NCBI GenBank assembly: GCA_017533005.1
Contig: JAFXIQ010000015.1
Coordinates: 713-64,712, forward strand
Reading direction: 5' to 3'
Length of the DNA: 64,000 bases
From: Clostridia bacterium
GTDB taxonomy: Bacteria > Bacillota > Clostridia > Christensenellales > DTU072
The position numbers and the translations under genes are program-made. The notes beneath the pieces were generated by a model. The model was not told the DNA's origin and searched no databases. It saw only the letters and a program-made list of their open reading frames with translations. Below are positions 62,096 to 64,000 of this stretch, piece after piece. Position 1 is the first letter of the stretch; every line of letters starts with the position of its first letter.

Positions 62096-63345
62096 TGACG
62101 ACGATGTTAGGTCTTGTCCTTGCTATGGTAGCAGGGCTGTTAATGACTAGAATAATGAAACTTTTCAATCTCCCAAACGTTACGGGCTACTTGGTTGCAG
62201 GTATTATCGTTGGGCCGTATTGCTGTAATTTCGTTAATGCAACTTCGCTTGCCGAAATATCCTTCATTTCGACCGTAGCGCTAGGCTTTATAGCGTTTTC
62301 AATAGGTGGCGAATTTAAGCTATCCACGATAAAAGCTATCGGTGGAAAAGTTATCGTTATCGCAATAATTCAAGCTATAGGTGCAGTCTTTATGGTAATG
62401 GGTGGCTTGTTCATTTTGCGTGCAATAAACCCCGACCTTATCAGCGTTCCGTCAATACTAGTACTATCTGCTATTTCTGCAGCAACAGCCCCTGCAGCGA
62501 CTCTTATGGTTGTTAAACAATTCAAAGCAAAAGGCCCTGTTACCGAGACGCTTTTGCCGGTTGTTGCATTCGATGACGCTATTGCCCTAATGGTCTTTGC
62601 CGTATGCTTTGGGTTAGCCAAATCGCTAACATCGGGAGCCGAAATAAGCGCAATCAGTGTTGTTGTAAGACCACTTTTAGAGATAGTCGTGTCGCTTGCT
62701 ATAGGTGGTGCGATAGGCTTTGTTTTGAGTGTGGTTTGTAGATTTTTCCGCTCGAGAGCCAATCGTCTTGGATGGATGATAGCGTGTGTTTTGGCGGGCG
62801 TTGGAATATGCGAATTATTGGAATTATCATCACTTTTGACGTGTATGATGACGGGTGCTGTTTTTTGCAATATGCGTGAAGACTCCGTCAAGATTTTGGA
62901 CGGAAGCGAGCGTTGGACACCACCGCTATTTATGCTATTCTTCGTTATTTCTGGAGCTACGCTGGACCTTGCAGTTATACCGCAAGTAGGGCTAGTTGGA
63001 ATCGTTTATTTGGTATGCCGTTCAATAGGTAAATATGCAGGCGCCTATGGTAGTGCGCTATTGATGAAAACGGATAAGAACGTTAGGAATTATCTTGGTA
63101 TAACCTTGCTTCCACAAGCAGGTGTCGCAATCGGTATGGCAACTATAGTTGCTAATACGGAAGGCTTTGACGAAGTAGCAAAATCTGTTGTTACGGTAGT
63201 ACTTTGTGCAACGCTAATCTATGAATTGATAGGACCGGTTCTAACCAAGTGGGCGCTAGCAAAGGCAGGCGAAATCGACCCGAAGATGAGCTCTATTCCT
63301 ATCGTGGAAATGTTCAAAAAAGCAAAACAAAAGAAGAATGTCTAA
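62095..63345 (+). CDS. cation:proton antiporter (CPA2 / Na+-H+ exchanger family), membrane domain only
   Basis: About 12 TM segments. The N-terminus RIMKLFNLPNVTGYLVAGIIVGP is typical of Kef/NapA-type exchangers. AGGAGA Shine-Dalgarno. Confidence 0.75.
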   Translation: MTTMLGLVLAMVAGLLMTRIMKLFNLPNVTGYLVAGIIVGPYCCNFVNATSLAEISFISTVALGFIAFSIGGEFKLSTIKAIGGKVIVIAIIQAIGAVFMVMGGLFILRAINPDLISVPSILVLSAISAATAPAATLMVVKQFKAKGPVTETLLPVVAFDDAIALMVFAVCFGLAKSLTSGAEISAISVVVRPLLEIVVSLAIGGAIGFVLSVVCRFFRSRANRLGWMIACVLAGVGICELLELSSLLTCMMTGAVFCNMREDSVKILDGSERWTPPLFMLFFVISGATLDLAVIPQVGLVGIVYLVCRSIGKYAGAYGSALLMKTDKNVRNYLGITLLPQAGVAIGMATIVANTEGFDEVAKSVVTVVLCATLIYELIGPVLTKWALAKAGEIDPKMSSIPIVEMFKKAKQKKNV

Positions 63346-63364
63346 ATTATCCTATAACGGAAAG

Positions 63365-63393
63365 GAGTGCGAAACGCACTCTTTTTTGTTTTT
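63365..63393 (+). terminator. rho-independent terminator after the antiporter gene
   Basis: GAGTGCG-AAA-CGCACTC followed by TTTTTTGTTTTT. Confidence 0.8.
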
Positions 63394-63403
63394 AAATTCC
63401 CCC

Positions 63404-63432
63404 TTGTAATTGCGCGCGCGCTAGTGTATAAT
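63404..63432 (+). promoter_or_regulatory. sigma-A type promoter
   Basis: TTGTAA (63404-63409), 17 nt, TATAAT (63427-63432). GGAGG lies 5 nt before ATG 63453. Confidence 0.55.
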
Positions 63433-63452
63433 AGTAGCGTACGGAGGCGCGC

Positions 63453-64000
63453 ATGTGTATAATAAATAGCATTTTGAAACTAATCGTTCCACTTCCCAAA
63501 CTCACCAAACACGAGAGATATTTATTCGTGTCGCCACATCCTGATGACATAGAAGTTGGCGCAGGTGCAACGGTTGCAACGCTTATTGCTATGGGCAAGC
63601 AAGTGGACTTTTTGATTTGCACGGACGGAAGGTACGGCACGTCGGACGTTGAGCTTCCTGCAGAAGAATTAGTTAAGATTAGACAAGAAGAAACGCTAGC
63701 TTCCGCAAAGTTTTTGGGAGTAAACAGCGTGACGTTTTTACCTTATCACGACTGTGGCTCGCATACGGAAGAAGAGCTTATGTTAGATATTGCTAAAGTG
63801 ATAGCTAGGCTTAAGCCCGACATTGTATTTTGTCCAGACCCGCATTTAAAAACCGAATGTCATATCGACCACGTTAAGACCGGTAAAGCCGCGTCGTACG
63901 CGTGCTTGCGCGCGGGAAACGTGCCTATGATGGCAAAAGAAGGGCTCGCTAACCATGCTATAAAAGGCATAGCTTTTTATTATACGGATAGTCCTAATAA
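63453..64000 (+). CDS. PIG-L/LmbE-family deacetylase, 3'-truncated by the window edge (not in the ORF track)
   Basis: My own translation from ATG 63453 reads MCIINSILKLIVPLPKLTKHERYLFVSPHPDDIEVGAGATVATLIAMGKQVDFLICTDGRYG...PDPHLKTECHIDHVKTG. It contains the PHPDD and HxDH motifs of PIG-L enzymes and stays open to nt 64000. Confidence 0.75.
   Translation, partial: MCIINSILKLIVPLPKLTKHERYLFVSPHPDDIEVGAGATVATLIAMGKQVDFLICTDGRYGTSDVELPAEELVKIRQEETLASAKFLGVNSVTFLPYHDCGSHTEEELMLDIAKVIARLKPDIVFCPDPHLKTECHIDHVKTGKAASYACLRAGNVPMMAKEGLANHAIKGIAFYYTDSPN

Noticed and set aside
887-62891. Antisense or out-of-frame ORFs of 60-200 aa inside larger genes, for example 13815-14240(-), 24592-25110(-), 46155-46673(-), 53037-53645(-), 60159-60761(+), 62370-62891(-), 21998-22186(+)
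   Set aside because: They lie entirely within long, motif-supported CDSs on the other strand or in another frame. Their composition is low-complexity (Ser/Leu/Pro/Arg-rich), and they have no SD or promoter. These are typical shadow ORFs.
1-64000. CRISPR arrays, tRNA/rRNA genes, IS elements, integrases and prophage genes
   Set aside because: I saw no spaced direct repeats, no cloverleaf-like conserved tRNA sequences (such as GTTCGAATC T-loops in the intergenic regions), and no transposase or recombinase motifs in any of the listed ORFs.

Overview
This 64-kb window looks like the chromosome of a spore-forming Bacillota (Firmicutes). Evidence is spoIIE, addAB, a SipS/LepB-type signal peptidase, AGGAG Shine-Dalgarno sites and near-consensus TTGACA-17-TATAAT promoters. 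All three stop codons end well-supported genes, so the code is standard. More than half the window (about 3.0-37.9 kb) is one accessory locus of four same-strand genes. The first is a 1,949-aa lipoprotein. The second is a 7,282-aa ORF with no signal peptide and no Shine-Dalgarno site, in the same frame and separated from the first only by a single TGA. The third is a 2,053-aa secreted M6 (InhA-like, HEMGH) metalloprotease with RCC1-like repeats, Ig-like arrays and a C-terminal dockerin. The fourth is a small lipoprotein with a cohesin-like domain. The first two ORFs share a degenerate module of about 330 aa that I do not recognise. It recurs with a period of about 1 kb, and that period continues across the TGA, so the two ORFs may be or may once have been a single lipoprotein of about 9,246 aa. 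Flanking genes include cytoplasmic amino-sugar and fucose salvage enzymes (ROK kinase, two PIG-L deacetylases, GH20, GH95). They also include housekeeping genes: a Ca2+ P-type ATPase, lepB, spoIIE, addB/addA, corA, a two-subunit class I fumarase, a nitroreductase and a cation/H+ antiporter. I found no tRNA, rRNA, CRISPR array or transposase. All functional calls come from reading motifs in the translations. No database search was run, and coordinates of domains and regulatory sites are approximate.
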